A DNA stretch of 64,000 bases from an uncultured Candidatus Saccharibacteria bacterium (GTDB lineage Bacteria > Patescibacteriota > Minisyncoccia > Phycocordibacterales > UBA12088). The notes under the pieces were generated by a model. It was not told the origin of the DNA, searched no databases, and worked only from the letters and a program-made list of their open reading frames with translations. The first letter of the stretch is position 1. Each line of letters begins with the position of its first letter. Location of the stretch: assembly GCA_964635195.1 (NCBI GenBank), contig CAZWNC010000002.1, forward strand, positions 3,444-67,443. Reading direction: 5' to 3'. The translations under genes and the position numbers were made by a program. Positions 35,201 through 40,987 of the stretch are shown piece by piece.

Positions 35201-38200
35201 CAATAGTAGGTGGTGCCGGTCGTAAGAGCAGTTTGTACCGAGAAACGAATGCGATTACCTTCGGTAAAGGGTGAGGTATCCCCACCGGACGTCACATTGG
35301 TAAAGCAATTTGGCGAGCACCCCGTTTCGTTATCTGATGTGCGATCGGCAAGTGGCGAGGTGTCGAGATCTGCGTCATCATCATACTGTACCTGGTAGAC
35401 CAAGTCGGACGTGCCATCCAGATCGGTCGCGCTAAAATCGAGGTACGGGGTCGATGAACCGGTCTTCTCATTATTGAATGGCACATCATACATAGTCGGC
35501 ATTTCCGGCGAGAGGTTGAACGCCTTCCAGTACCCCAACAACCGATACTCATCAGCGGTCGTCGACTCCGCGTAGTATTCGATGGTGGCACTTGCGGTGT
35601 TGTCCGCCTGCACATGCATGCGTCCCATATTGAAGCCGGTCCCCGCACCGTCCGAGTATGCAAAATCGAGCGTGCGTCCCACCGCCGAACCGTTCGCATG
35701 CACACCGAGCACGTTCGACCCACTGGTGTTTGTGGAGTACGCAAGCAACACTTCGGCGATATTGTTCTTGTACGCGCCGTACCCGTCGAGTGCGCGATCC
35801 TGCCATACCGTCGCCGAGGTCGGTCCCGTGAAATCATCCAACCGCTCCTGATAGGTCAACTCGTCCGGCAACGTGGACCAGTACCCAAGCAAGTAGTAAT
35901 CGACCGAAGCGGCAGCCGCACCCTCGACCTGCGCATACCCCTGTATGGTAGCGTTCGACGTCGAGGCAAGTACGTTCATGGTGATGAAGTTGGCACCACC
36001 GTTTGCGCTCTGGTGTATTTTAACCAAGCGACTGAGCGTTGGTGCGGAGCTGTACCAACGCACACCCGCGTCATAGTCGGTACCTGCGGCAAAATTGGCG
36101 AGTGCCATTTCAACCACGTCTGCATCACCCACTCCGTATCCGGAAAGGTTGATGTTATTCCATGTCGCATCATTCGTGGTACCCAGATTTGGGTCGATGT
36201 TTACTAATCGCTCCACATAGGTACCACTCGTCCAATACCCAAGGATGGTGAAGGTTACTTCCGCCGCCACATCAGAGTACACCTGAATGGAAGAAGTCGC
36301 CGACGCCTGCACGTGCATCGTAACGGTTGACAAGCCGCCGGTCACGCCGGATTCATGGAGCAAAAGGTACCGGTTCAGTGTTGAGGTGGCGGTCGAGCGC
36401 ACACCACCATACCGTTCACGGTTGTTACGACTGTTGGTAATGGCGACTTCAACAATCGCATTAGCCGGTACTCCATAGCCTGCGAGGCTTACCGTTCCCC
36501 ATGTGTCATCACTGGCTGCACTGAATGTCTGGTACATCTCGGTATAGACCGCGAGTGCGTCCGACGCAAGCTTCCACTGGCGCGCCTCGACAAATGGCAA
36601 TCCACTGCCCGAACGTACTTCCGCAGGACCGAGGAGGTAGAGATACGGGGAAACATCCGGTGCGTCGTACTCGTAGGAAAAGGTCTGTGTCTCACCGGCT
36701 GTAAGGTCGACGGTCCAGGTAAGGCGTTTTGCGCCGCCCCACACACTCGTCTCTGCGCCACCTGCGTGCACCAGCACAAAATTTTCCGGTACCGCCTCAA
36801 CGAATTGTCCCGTGAAGTCGCTCGTCGCAGTAAGCTCTAGCTCCATCACGTACGATGCCTTGGGCCAGATACGTGTCGCACCACTGCGACGAATGGTGAA
36901 CGGCACCGACTCACGTACTTCAAACGCGTCACTCACCCGGTGCACCACCTCTCCATTTAGGTTTACGTGCGTCAATTGCAAAGTGTATGTCCCCACCGTA
37001 CGCGGGCGGTACCACGCAAGGTAATCGGGGTCATCGGTGACATTGTTTGCTCCACACGTACCCTGTGGTTCCACCCCCACTTCCTCGGCGTTACCCTCAG
37101 GATCCGTCACGGTCAGATGCAGTTCTGCGTTACAGATCGTATCACCCTTGTCGTCGAGGGCCGCCATATGAAATTCAATGGAATCGTCGGGCAGATAGAT
37201 GGATTGTGGCGTATTGATCGCAAGTACCCCCCAGTAGAAATCAAACGAATCGGTAAAAACGGTGCCGAGCTCATCGACACTGATCTCGAGGGTATAGAGA
37301 CCCGGTTGAATAGCTCGCGGCATCTCGGTCATACGTATCGTCCACTGCCCCTCGGTGCCATAGATGACCTCGAACCGCGCATCCTCAACGCGTACTCCGC
37401 CATGCAGGAGGTGTACCTCACCAACCTGCGCCAAGCGCTCACGGAATAGCCCCCGGAAGAAACGATTCACGACACCCTTTTGCGCACGGTACTGCAACGC
37501 AAACTCCGGTCGATCACCAAGCTCAAAATCGCGAAGCGCTTCGCGAAATGCGTGGAAGCGGGGGTCACGTAACTCTCGCATATACGCAATCCCTTGGAAG
37601 AGGTCCGGTCGAGCAAGTGGTTCATACACCGACACCGCGGGTATCGGAAGTTCCTCCAATACACCAAACACAAAGGTAGATGACGCGAGACGATATCGTT
37701 CAAACAATGTGGACACGCGTCCGTCCGCCAAGCGTGTTTCGGTCGTGTGCATATCTTCGGGGAGTACAAATGAAAGCGTGCGGACTCCCGCGGCATACTC
37801 ACTCAAAGCGGGGGTAAGTGAGATAGGTCCGCGCGCAGAGAGTCGCTCAGCGGCATGTGGTATGAATACGTCACGTGACGCACCAAAGGAAAGTGGTGAC
37901 ACGTCAGCATCATCGGAAAGCGTGACACTATTTTCGTCTCGTTCACTCACCACGGACACGACCGCACCTTCCTCCGGCTCCGCAAGACCCAAATACTCGA
38001 TGGGCGAAGCAGTCAACGCAGGCGCATGAAGCCGTGCAGCCTCGTCGACCTGCTCGTTACCAAAGTAAGCGTACAGCGATGTTGTACCGCGCGATCCGCC
38101 ATCAGATAGTTCGACGGCATACTGCGCTTCCTGATCGACGTACGTATACCTGAACTCTTTGACCGGAATCTCCGTTCGTGTACCTGCGTCAAAAAAACGT

Positions 38201-40593
38201 ATATCCCTGCCGTCGAGTGCCGCGTGTGTAAAAAGGTCTGCGAGTGTGCGGTCGACACTCACTTCATACAGCGTCGGTATGTCGCCCTCATTCACATCAC
38301 CATGCGGAATAAGGGTGAGAGGCATGCGATACTTGAAAGCGCTTCGCCACCACACACTGCGCGTCGCATCACCCTCGTCACTGCGCGCCTCGATCAGCAA
38401 TTCCCCTGCTCGCTGAACCGGAAAGGAAAGGTCGATCGCAAAAAACCGAGTTTCATTGGCCATGAGCGCAAACTCCTCATCGGTCGCATACCCGTTTGAG
38501 AGATTGGGAGCAACCACCACCTCAGGTGCACCACCAAACAATCGAGCGAGTATACTCCCTCCTTCTGCGCGTTCCGCTGCAAGAGGAGATATCGCCACCT
38601 CCTGCCACGCACTCTCATAGGCGAGTGCTGCATCGACTGACACGCGCTCGTTACCGACAATACAGTTGGTCTTGTCCGCATTGAAACTGTTACACACCTC
38701 TGTCTCACCCGTCGCCTTGCACGTGTACGTTGTTGAGAGTGAAAGAGCGGCATCGTACGCAGCATCATCAAAAGCGGCGCTATCCTGGGGCGATACCGTG
38801 TTATCTCCAGATTCTTGTGTTCCCGAAGTTGCCCCTTCGTTCGAAACGACGGTATCGCTTGTCACCTCACCTGCATCATTGTTCGGCACATCCACTCCGT
38901 CTTGGGTATCCTGTCCCGCTACTTCCGCATTCGGCATAGCCTCAGACTGAGCATCGTCAACAGGTGGTACGGCATCACCGGTCGGAACGAAGGCCTCGTC
39001 ACGTGCCACTTCGTCACTCTCATCTGTCTCCCCACTTTCAACCGCGGTCTGCGAAACGGTCACATCACTCGCCATGGCGTCTGTAGCAGATGTCTCCTCA
39101 CCATCACCTAGCTTCCACCCGCTTTCACAGAAGTACGCCACTTCACTGTAACTTGGTGTCATGTGTGTTTGCGCGACATCTTCAACCCGCTCCAGGACGC
39201 GCACGACCTCGGCCTGTCGACCGAGGTGTGTGACCAAACTGAAGGATGTGTCTTCATCGGAACTGTTGGTCACGGCAATATATGCACGAGCTGAAGTGAG
39301 GCCGTCATATATGTCGGCATCGCTTCGAAGTACCAACTGTTCCCCGAGCGTCTCTTCGGTTTCCGTAAGTTCAATGCGCTTGTTATCCGCAACGAGCAAG
39401 TCCGGCCGCGCAGAATCTTCCAACACCGCGAGCTCCTCCACGATATTGTCTGCAACAGGAAGGGCTTCGTCTGCGGACGCAACCTCATACAGCGTGTCAA
39501 CCCACACACTATCCAAGAACACTTCGGTACGAACGGTGCTATTGCGCACAAACTCCACCTCCACCTTGAAGTCCTGCAGTGCGTCCCATGCCGCAAGGTC
39601 GGGAAGCGGAAAGGAAAGGTGACCACCGCCGTTCGCATTTGAGAGTTCGCGATCGATATACACCTGCCCCGCGATACGCCACTCACCTCGGTAGTGATAG
39701 CGCACCACGATGGAATCCGGTGTGAACGGCTCCCCGAACGTGCGCGCGGCAAGCGAAAGGCGGAGTGTATACCCTTTAATCGTATGCTCAGAAAGCACGC
39801 TTCCAATATCAAACCGTTCAAAGAGGAGCGTATGGCATTCTTTACCGAGTACCGTACAGCTTCGCATATCCTCTTCGGGACTCCGTGCAAACGAACGTGA
39901 CTCTTCGATGTCCACCGTATCCGCATCGCTCGAATCCGTATCATCACCCTCTTGTGACACTACGGTATCGATCGCTTCAGGCGCACTTTCTGTGACCATT
40001 TCAGTATCAGAGTCCGAAACGCCCTCACCTACTGAAACATCCTGATTAAACATGACGGCAGTACCTTCATCTTCAGCACGTACCGTGCGACCGACAAATC
40101 CCCGAAGCGTGTCAAAAAGATACGCAGACGGTGAGACATCCGGAATCGGAGTCGTGGTGTCCTCTTCGACAGGTGCAACCGCGTCAACAGGCTCTGCGCC
40201 CTCCTCCGACGCGGCCTCATCCTGTACTTCCGCATCACCCCACTCACCCTGTGTCGGTGTGGGAGTATCGACGAGATCCTGTTGTACGCCTGTCGTACGA
40301 TCGCCGGTGTCACCCTCGGTCACTATTACAAATGCACCATTATCGCGCGTGAAGTCATCAAAGGTTGCGCGTTCACCCAGCGCCTGCTCCAGTGCATGAT
40401 TCTCCTTCTCCCATCCTTCACCCACTACTGAAACAGGAAACACATGTATCAAACGCTCCTCGATACCCGCAAACGCGGAAACAACGTACATGGCACAAAG
40501 TGCAAGGAGAAAAAACACACCGCGTGTTTTGTATCGTGTGAATACTTTGCGATGCATGCCCATACCAGAAAAAACGGCGTTCGCCGGCCTCAT
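20242..40593 (-). CDS. Giant (6783 aa) secreted modular adhesin-like surface protein
   Basis: Uninterrupted 20.35-kb ORF. N-terminal hydrophobic segment, acidic linkers, two DUF2341-like domains (DGRDIRFFD; WNDLRFTD), MG2/Ig-like GVLAINT region, 3x LGYW repeats, 3x FN3-like TY[YW]WRVRA, 2x Trp-rich propeller-like blocks, long G/T-rich beta-helix-like repeats, C-terminal pilin/WxL-like domain. Confidence 0.9.
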   Translation of the reverse strand: MRPANAVFSGMGMHRKVFTRYKTRGVFFLLALCAMYVVSAFAGIEERLIHVFPVSVVGEGWEKENHALEQALGERATFDDFTRDNGAFVIVTEGDTGDRTTGVQQDLVDTPTPTQGEWGDAEVQDEAASEEGAEPVDAVAPVEEDTTTPIPDVSPSAYLFDTLRGFVGRTVRAEDEGTAVMFNQDVSVGEGVSDSDTEMVTESAPEAIDTVVSQEGDDTDSSDADTVDIEESRSFARSPEEDMRSCTVLGKECHTLLFERFDIGSVLSEHTIKGYTLRLSLAARTFGEPFTPDSIVVRYHYRGEWRIAGQVYIDRELSNANGGGHLSFPLPDLAAWDALQDFKVEVEFVRNSTVRTEVFLDSVWVDTLYEVASADEALPVADNIVEELAVLEDSARPDLLVADNKRIELTETEETLGEQLVLRSDADIYDGLTSARAYIAVTNSSDEDTSFSLVTHLGRQAEVVRVLERVEDVAQTHMTPSYSEVAYFCESGWKLGDGEETSATDAMASDVTVSQTAVESGETDESDEVARDEAFVPTGDAVPPVDDAQSEAMPNAEVAGQDTQDGVDVPNNDAGEVTSDTVVSNEGATSGTQESGDNTVSPQDSAAFDDAAYDAALSLSTTYTCKATGETEVCNSFNADKTNCIVGNERVSVDAALAYESAWQEVAISPLAAERAEGGSILARLFGGAPEVVVAPNLSNGYATDEEFALMANETRFFAIDLSFPVQRAGELLIEARSDEGDATRSVWWRSAFKYRMPLTLIPHGDVNEGDIPTLYEVSVDRTLADLFTHAALDGRDIRFFDAGTRTEIPVKEFRYTYVDQEAQYAVELSDGGSRGTTSLYAYFGNEQVDEAARLHAPALTASPIEYLGLAEPEEGAVVSVVSERDENSVTLSDDADVSPLSFGASRDVFIPHAAERLSARGPISLTPALSEYAAGVRTLSFVLPEDMHTTETRLADGRVSTLFERYRLASSTFVFGVLEELPIPAVSVYEPLARPDLFQGIAYMRELRDPRFHAFREALRDFELGDRPEFALQYRAQKGVVNRFFRGLFRERLAQVGEVHLLHGGVRVEDARFEVIYGTEGQWTIRMTEMPRAIQPGLYTLEISVDELGTVFTDSFDFYWGVLAINTPQSIYLPDDSIEFHMAALDDKGDTICNAELHLTVTDPEGNAEEVGVEPQGTCGANNVTDDPDYLAWYRPRTVGTYTLQLTHVNLNGEVVHRVSDAFEVRESVPFTIRRSGATRIWPKASYVMELELTATSDFTGQFVEAVPENFVLVHAGGAETSVWGGAKRLTWTVDLTAGETQTFSYEYDAPDVSPYLYLLGPAEVRSGSGLPFVEARQWKLASDALAVYTEMYQTFSAASDDTWGTVSLAGYGVPANAIVEVAITNSRNNRERYGGVRSTATSTLNRYLLLHESGVTGGLSTVTMHVQASATSSIQVYSDVAAEVTFTILGYWTSGTYVERLVNIDPNLGTTNDATWNNINLSGYGVGDADVVEMALANFAAGTDYDAGVRWYSSAPTLSRLVKIHQSANGGANFITMNVLASTSNATIQGYAQVEGAAAASVDYYLLGYWSTLPDELTYQERLDDFTGPTSATVWQDRALDGYGAYKNNIAEVLLAYSTNTSGSNVLGVHANGSAVGRTLDFAYSDGAGTGFNMGRMHVQADNTASATIEYYAESTTADEYRLLGYWKAFNLSPEMPTMYDVPFNNEKTGSSTPYLDFSATDLDGTSDLVYQVQYDDDADLDTSPLADRTSDNETGCSPNCFTNVTSGGDTSPFTEGNRIRFSVQTALTTGTTYYWRVRAKDTSGSNSFGEWSAVQSFTYVSGTDPKAWYQSEDAQFDDGTLISTETYGENKVRIATTPPVGAMVAYGEGAGTTPRYRTWSGTAWSSEGSAQDVGGRISWTVLESSPTRNEYVLGTQDVNSDVNVQVYNGTAGTWSTATELNPNQTSIDRRGFDIAYQSLSGNAVAVFCYNSGTNYEASYSVWNGTNWSATSTIDLQFNAPCSWIKLAASPSSDEIVMVAQADSANTTSDFEVQVYRDETTKWNITSYTGGANTLGEEMFERMAVEWEESGEEAVVALGNGGGQTPGIVGAVWNSAAETWTAYTSRNTQDDFEWGELVADDGTNNLGLCYIDEDAQVQIAYWNGATNAWDTYVAGTTQVDNDGKGSATYHARPISCQYETTTGRDGYLMIPYSDETNARYRVWTGSSFAATEQSITTIEDSWTAGSVRTGDGKILAVFRDDTNDRFDFSYWNGSGWSSRETLETSMPDDTSPYAEPIALAPQRYQASVGNIVSPIVDFDLVVGQSSWGEALWSATEPSNTSVEVQVLWAAAASSTCTAVVPNGVLPGNEDGFAATSSPLDLSGIATTTDYNRLCLKATLTSNTNESPTLDDWTISWERQPYLTQTHYKWFANTSGITPTDAYPSGAYNLIEDEAIGASHAPSSGEVLRLRLAIEDTNVTLAATTAMWSLQWAEGAQCSASLSWQQVGAIGSSEPWRGYNNAPADGTTLSTTTLSTTDVLLSYEEENNTATNTSAIADGEEAELDFVLQHNATSSTNYCFRLVNADGTTLNDYDRYPQLVTNAPPVAPTLATPFTYEALASSSPWFTFVAEDGKGDVLDYQIEVDDDYTFGSQEIESTSENDNSEFKNIISTNDLAPFNSGETVRFVPTTSLADGTYWWRVRAKDTNGSGEWGEWSLPWSFTASSSITISTWHQTTFEQFEQDDLESTEATSTNDIVLTPPLTEGTSTSPMIDFDWRTTGNAWGTLDWADAENAGDIKYHLEYYTEATGAWALIPDSALPDNVAGHDVTQPISLLSLDPSVYSKIRVRANFRDLGGAKPRLNSWTISWGLAVEQPTLDTLFDNEKVGTTTPSFTFYSTDPQGDNLQYEFQWSSTPDFAASTTRRSGVHAGFVNTASSTDTSQFVEGDTIQFTIQSADALTNGATYWWRVRAIDSDIGGGDAWSVYSPVRSFTVDTSVLVSTWYQTTDEQFDTALLNSTETYGSDEVRITSTIREAMTAYVEGNIQTPRYRIWNGQAWGTEKSAQNVSERIDWVRVDAAPTRNEYLMATEGASGKVVAQVYDGDTASWSDLVTMVPTVSNVAYRGYDITYESLSGRAMVVACSGQDAVYRTWDGTDWSGTSTINLTIAQNCEWIQLAADTDSNEIILMARFNNAGTADYEAQVWNGSGTWSNSTLVGNAGAATDEGMAVMYEDSGTDAVIVFSNGTNNNFASKRWNGSWQATTTTAIGNDHNKASMCRDLGTDRITVVYTDEDTDIGYAEWDGTTNAWGASTELEVDGVNEINNQVSCQYETTAGREGNVLFTYGDGVVTTEQYRVLDRTTPVTIAQNVSTLGEAYSAFTARTGDGNILGLYYDDDADDYFFSYWNGAQWSVAQQLESDGNTQAVRREPLHLVARRYTAYTSGSIVSDPVVFTDGTGPRWGIASSTDTTDDGYILYQIEYSNDAGETWALIPDEALPGNGVGTTSNRIDLTNVSYATYGTIRYVANFVCVSGDCPVLHDWTISWSEGITISGTIKQYDESTPVASGGDVRVAVNGVLQAGKIGTISGGTWSIANVTMFPSDVITVFIDGVGDSQEAAAVTRYDGFGNMTGVELFERHLTIGSQDATTTSNANIALYDYTSSGDEDLFFDVDTGNDLYVATSSAGYYDTKLYVASSSTYRPDSANSGTLYAHDVVIRGTTTADSNTFYVHGSWNNTGIFAAGNGTVVFTATSSLETIDSSGASEYAFNTLTFGQSGTATWTLASLLDVNKNLTVTYGTLSVSASDMIIGGNLSFALGTTFVKGTGTTTFDGATTPVTITDSTASKQDLGAVHVNGSSKSVALQSAVKLTDLTIATANSFDVSALNYPLEVRGYFRNYGSFGARAGTVTFTATSTSNPIYPGASSFWNLTANGVGGNWYFEQPTVTIGNTLTVATGTLTLALGTTTVSGNLTNTGGVLQHNGGTVELAGAGAKTIYQNGSPLQNITVSGTGSWSWTDTNATTSGTVRVGNGTLTLPSGTFAIGKSLINTGGTIAHNSGTLRFTSYIAETIRTNGSNLHTVLFDGAGGTFTLADTNLSASGTVRFVQGTTTLPSGTFTVGGSFLTTGGTWAHGNGAVFFNSSATGHTINPGQNAFNQVTFNNASGGWTVSSNATSTGAWTIANAASFTAGSGVTIEVLGTFTNSAPSATTWDGSALYLNSGTGYTVGTKTQNAEGYGTLRIGANTDIRMWQASSTGAVVEQTGSLYSQDHAAQDGDLYIYGTYERTSGADYWSHATDFDGTGIGGSPRQVDVRFASGAAARFSNATLHVVGGASASTTISNQGSGSYGLSVENGTVTAQYYSMTDMDTHGFSILGSSTVTSLSDGVYTLTAVGASSTMLTVSSTTIDANPMFQIQRVAFSTSTGITEGYNVTASGTASSYWWFRNHNGNYDGEDYDSDPVVGAGSLRWDDSGFTIDVSGTVYAGEGIGGAPATCNGSTQVLRLVVSGGATYDTHCDAGTGTFTFNDVTYSGDVSLVAFVFGTTTKAAVVSRSPQSDITGFDLYEHRVIVRHESVDALTIANMMPYDSDQHADVPFDAESGMLTVSPETSLHVWTGKTFAPGGNVTLQSGGSGAGYDGTLRLASGSTFTAVGSESHSIGGSFIADASATFTAAQSTVTLNATTTGKTVAPSSSFYNLTFSGADGAWTIASSTTVGNAMTVSDGTVSGAVNLNVQNGALSGDGTLAFSAGTVTVGKGGTFGGANDWTFNNLTLGDGTAYTTTKNGNGNVLVTGVLTVAATHVLDAGSVNWTLNGAGAVLSVAGTFTANTSTTTFAGTSAMTVPALAYHHLVLAPSGAGSPTYTLSGGTPSAATLSVGNGTNPVTVNVTASNPLLTVSGMVWIRANATYSAANTNDLLIGGSYVNQGTFTSNGGGVVFNATETGKTITPGLSSFHHLTLNGVGGGWTMLGSATTTGNFLLTSAAAYTQTSGTTLSVQGVFTNTVGGGATTWDGSTLYLQSGTAYPMNTKTAGGDVYGTLRVGANTDVNMWNSTSTVYTVDRTGSLYSQDHDGEDGALYIWGDYVRASGNEYWSYETDFDGTALGGSPRTVQVRLAPNATTTLTGGTWNIVGTSTMSTTSIATQGGGTYALRVTGGTFNAQYYKIRDISATGLEFSGSPTVSQLSDGDLELSIQGGTMLTVAGSVISANPIKRWDRISFATSTGIASGYNASTTGVSTSFWRFTPALGNYYGEMHDGDSAPDPDPGYLIWDDSNSQITISGNVYSNESGSVSSLCTGASVVTLVLDGVSPQTTSCAPGTGAYSFTNISMPVSVVTVYLDGVAGKAAHVLVDPVLTLTDMHLYENRVVVRHEDVNPVTIAHMATYDSSDDTDIPFDANDGVSDTLTVSANHKLIVWTGKTFTPGGDVTLNSGGTGTEYDGTLELRDNASYISSPTVAQAITIGGSWLTGTGATFTAGTSTVTFTATTSGKLVSPNSSAFNNLTFNGSGGVWTFTDRDATTTRHFTISAGNVTLGTSTLSVGGSFVNSATMSAASTSIRFSSAQAQTVAFGGYAVGSLTFAGAGAHTMTDTQATSTGSVSITAGSVALPSGTFAIANGFSAQGGTFSHSGTLRMYGTLTTQTLRFGASAARHLAIAGTGSWAFADTHATTTGTTTISSGGLTAPAGTFAVGGSFVNTGTFNSNAGLLYLYATTTGQTITASSSLFSNVVLRGVGGGWTVTGSATTSGMWRLQQGASFTLASSTMLEVGGVFENAFASTTTDWTNSTLYLNASGTAYTVNTRNTGGDTYAYLTLGANTDVRMWDSAAATTTVPSTGSLYSMDHGGTSGDLFIWGEYVRSTGSDYWSYATDFEGGAPIGGSRQVDVRIASSSSLSFTGGTLEIVGTESATTTIAVAGTGTYAFAKSGGTLNAQYYSFRNLNASGLVLTNALTVTSLSYGDFERAESGGYLLQVASTTIDQNPTKVIASVRFGTTTGVSGVANIKRNGTSTNANFWDFRNHMGEIDGEAYDDDGIDACGSIRWDDSTCLEFSQTHFRFRNDDGTDGAPDSEWYDSNWNKRKRVHVTNPNAGALTNTAVRFEVAYEVGDMQTSWNDLRFTDNSGTTSLPHFIESYTAATATVWVKIPSVSANDTGFIYLYYDNDFAANAESGSNTFTFFDDFEDDDLTGYTGNTTQFDAIAESGGEGAYTLHAASGQEENFTTGGLYQTTTTFGPGSTIRFLQYVDENYEDQPCTLFGVGGSGSNYAVCLTQYPSDRLVIAEDVTNRATAALTLASTTVTWTSGWYTVEVDWLSGGTLYASVYDSVGALFATTTASDLSHTSAGGSGFSFWTQHGAWDFYTARPYLANEPTVWVGLEQEKGGASWKAAQDTSVTVDQGQPFRVRFSIENSGPQEWGKEWRLQYADKTGYGTCNAVPSVNFDTVPGTSAACAGSDSPVCMTTTSGYVDQGQTQALLVPTTLLPFTAGRLIEADSNQTASTTLPQGYTTEVEYAVELTADAISNAYCMRVSDGDSELDSYQTLAEVTANYGPQINEWVFNGSTVMDPNPIVLMEGETTSIVATGTVSDLNGGETLLYATSTFYRTDVGPDCAANPNNCYQLNSLECPLTCAPSGTTCEVTCTADIQYFADPTDWGDYSAETWEARLFIMDDTLNEASSTSDGAEVGSMLAMSVVSGDIAYGALEMGASTTAQTNASSTIQNTGNIAVDLELEGTDLTSGASTIPVGNQKFSTSSFTYSACVICGALSGTASTLEVDLPKAMAAETPVTDVLYWGIYIPTTGVSGATHRGQTTFYAVGD

Positions 40594-40945
40594 CTGTAAC
40601 TACAGTATCGCACATTTTGCGTTCAAATTTCACGTTTTTTTAGGCATCTAGGGGAGTATTCTGTGGATAGCACACGAATGAACTGCTTACATACAGCATA
40701 CTTGTGGCACACACCGCTCACCCCACCCCAGGAGGTCTCAGGGCGTCTAAGGACGTGAGTTTTTATCCGGTGACACGTCCCCCCACAAGAAGCCCGCCAC
40801 ACGTGCAAACAAAGCGCGCGTGGCGTGTCGTACGCGCTTTGCCGACACCAACTGGCAAAAAAGGAAACGAATTTGGAGAACACGCAAGAGCGTACCTGAT
40901 GCGTCCTTACCTGTTGTATACGATGCTACCGGTAGTCACGTGAAG

Positions 40946-40981
40946 AATTACAATACTAATACCTGTATTGGTACTGTAATT
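40946..40981. repeat. Imperfect 36-bp palindrome related to the 3974-4011 element
   Basis: AATTACAATACTAATAC-CT-GTATTGGTACTGTAATT, 6 bp past the stop of the cohesin gene. Confidence 0.8.
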
Positions 40982-40987
40982 TAATAC

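Noticed and set aside
20315-40399. Many 100-240 aa plus-strand ORFs (V/P-rich) inside the giant gene
   Set aside because: Antisense shadows of Thr/Gly-rich codons; no recognisable motifs, and the minus-strand ORF has coherent domains.
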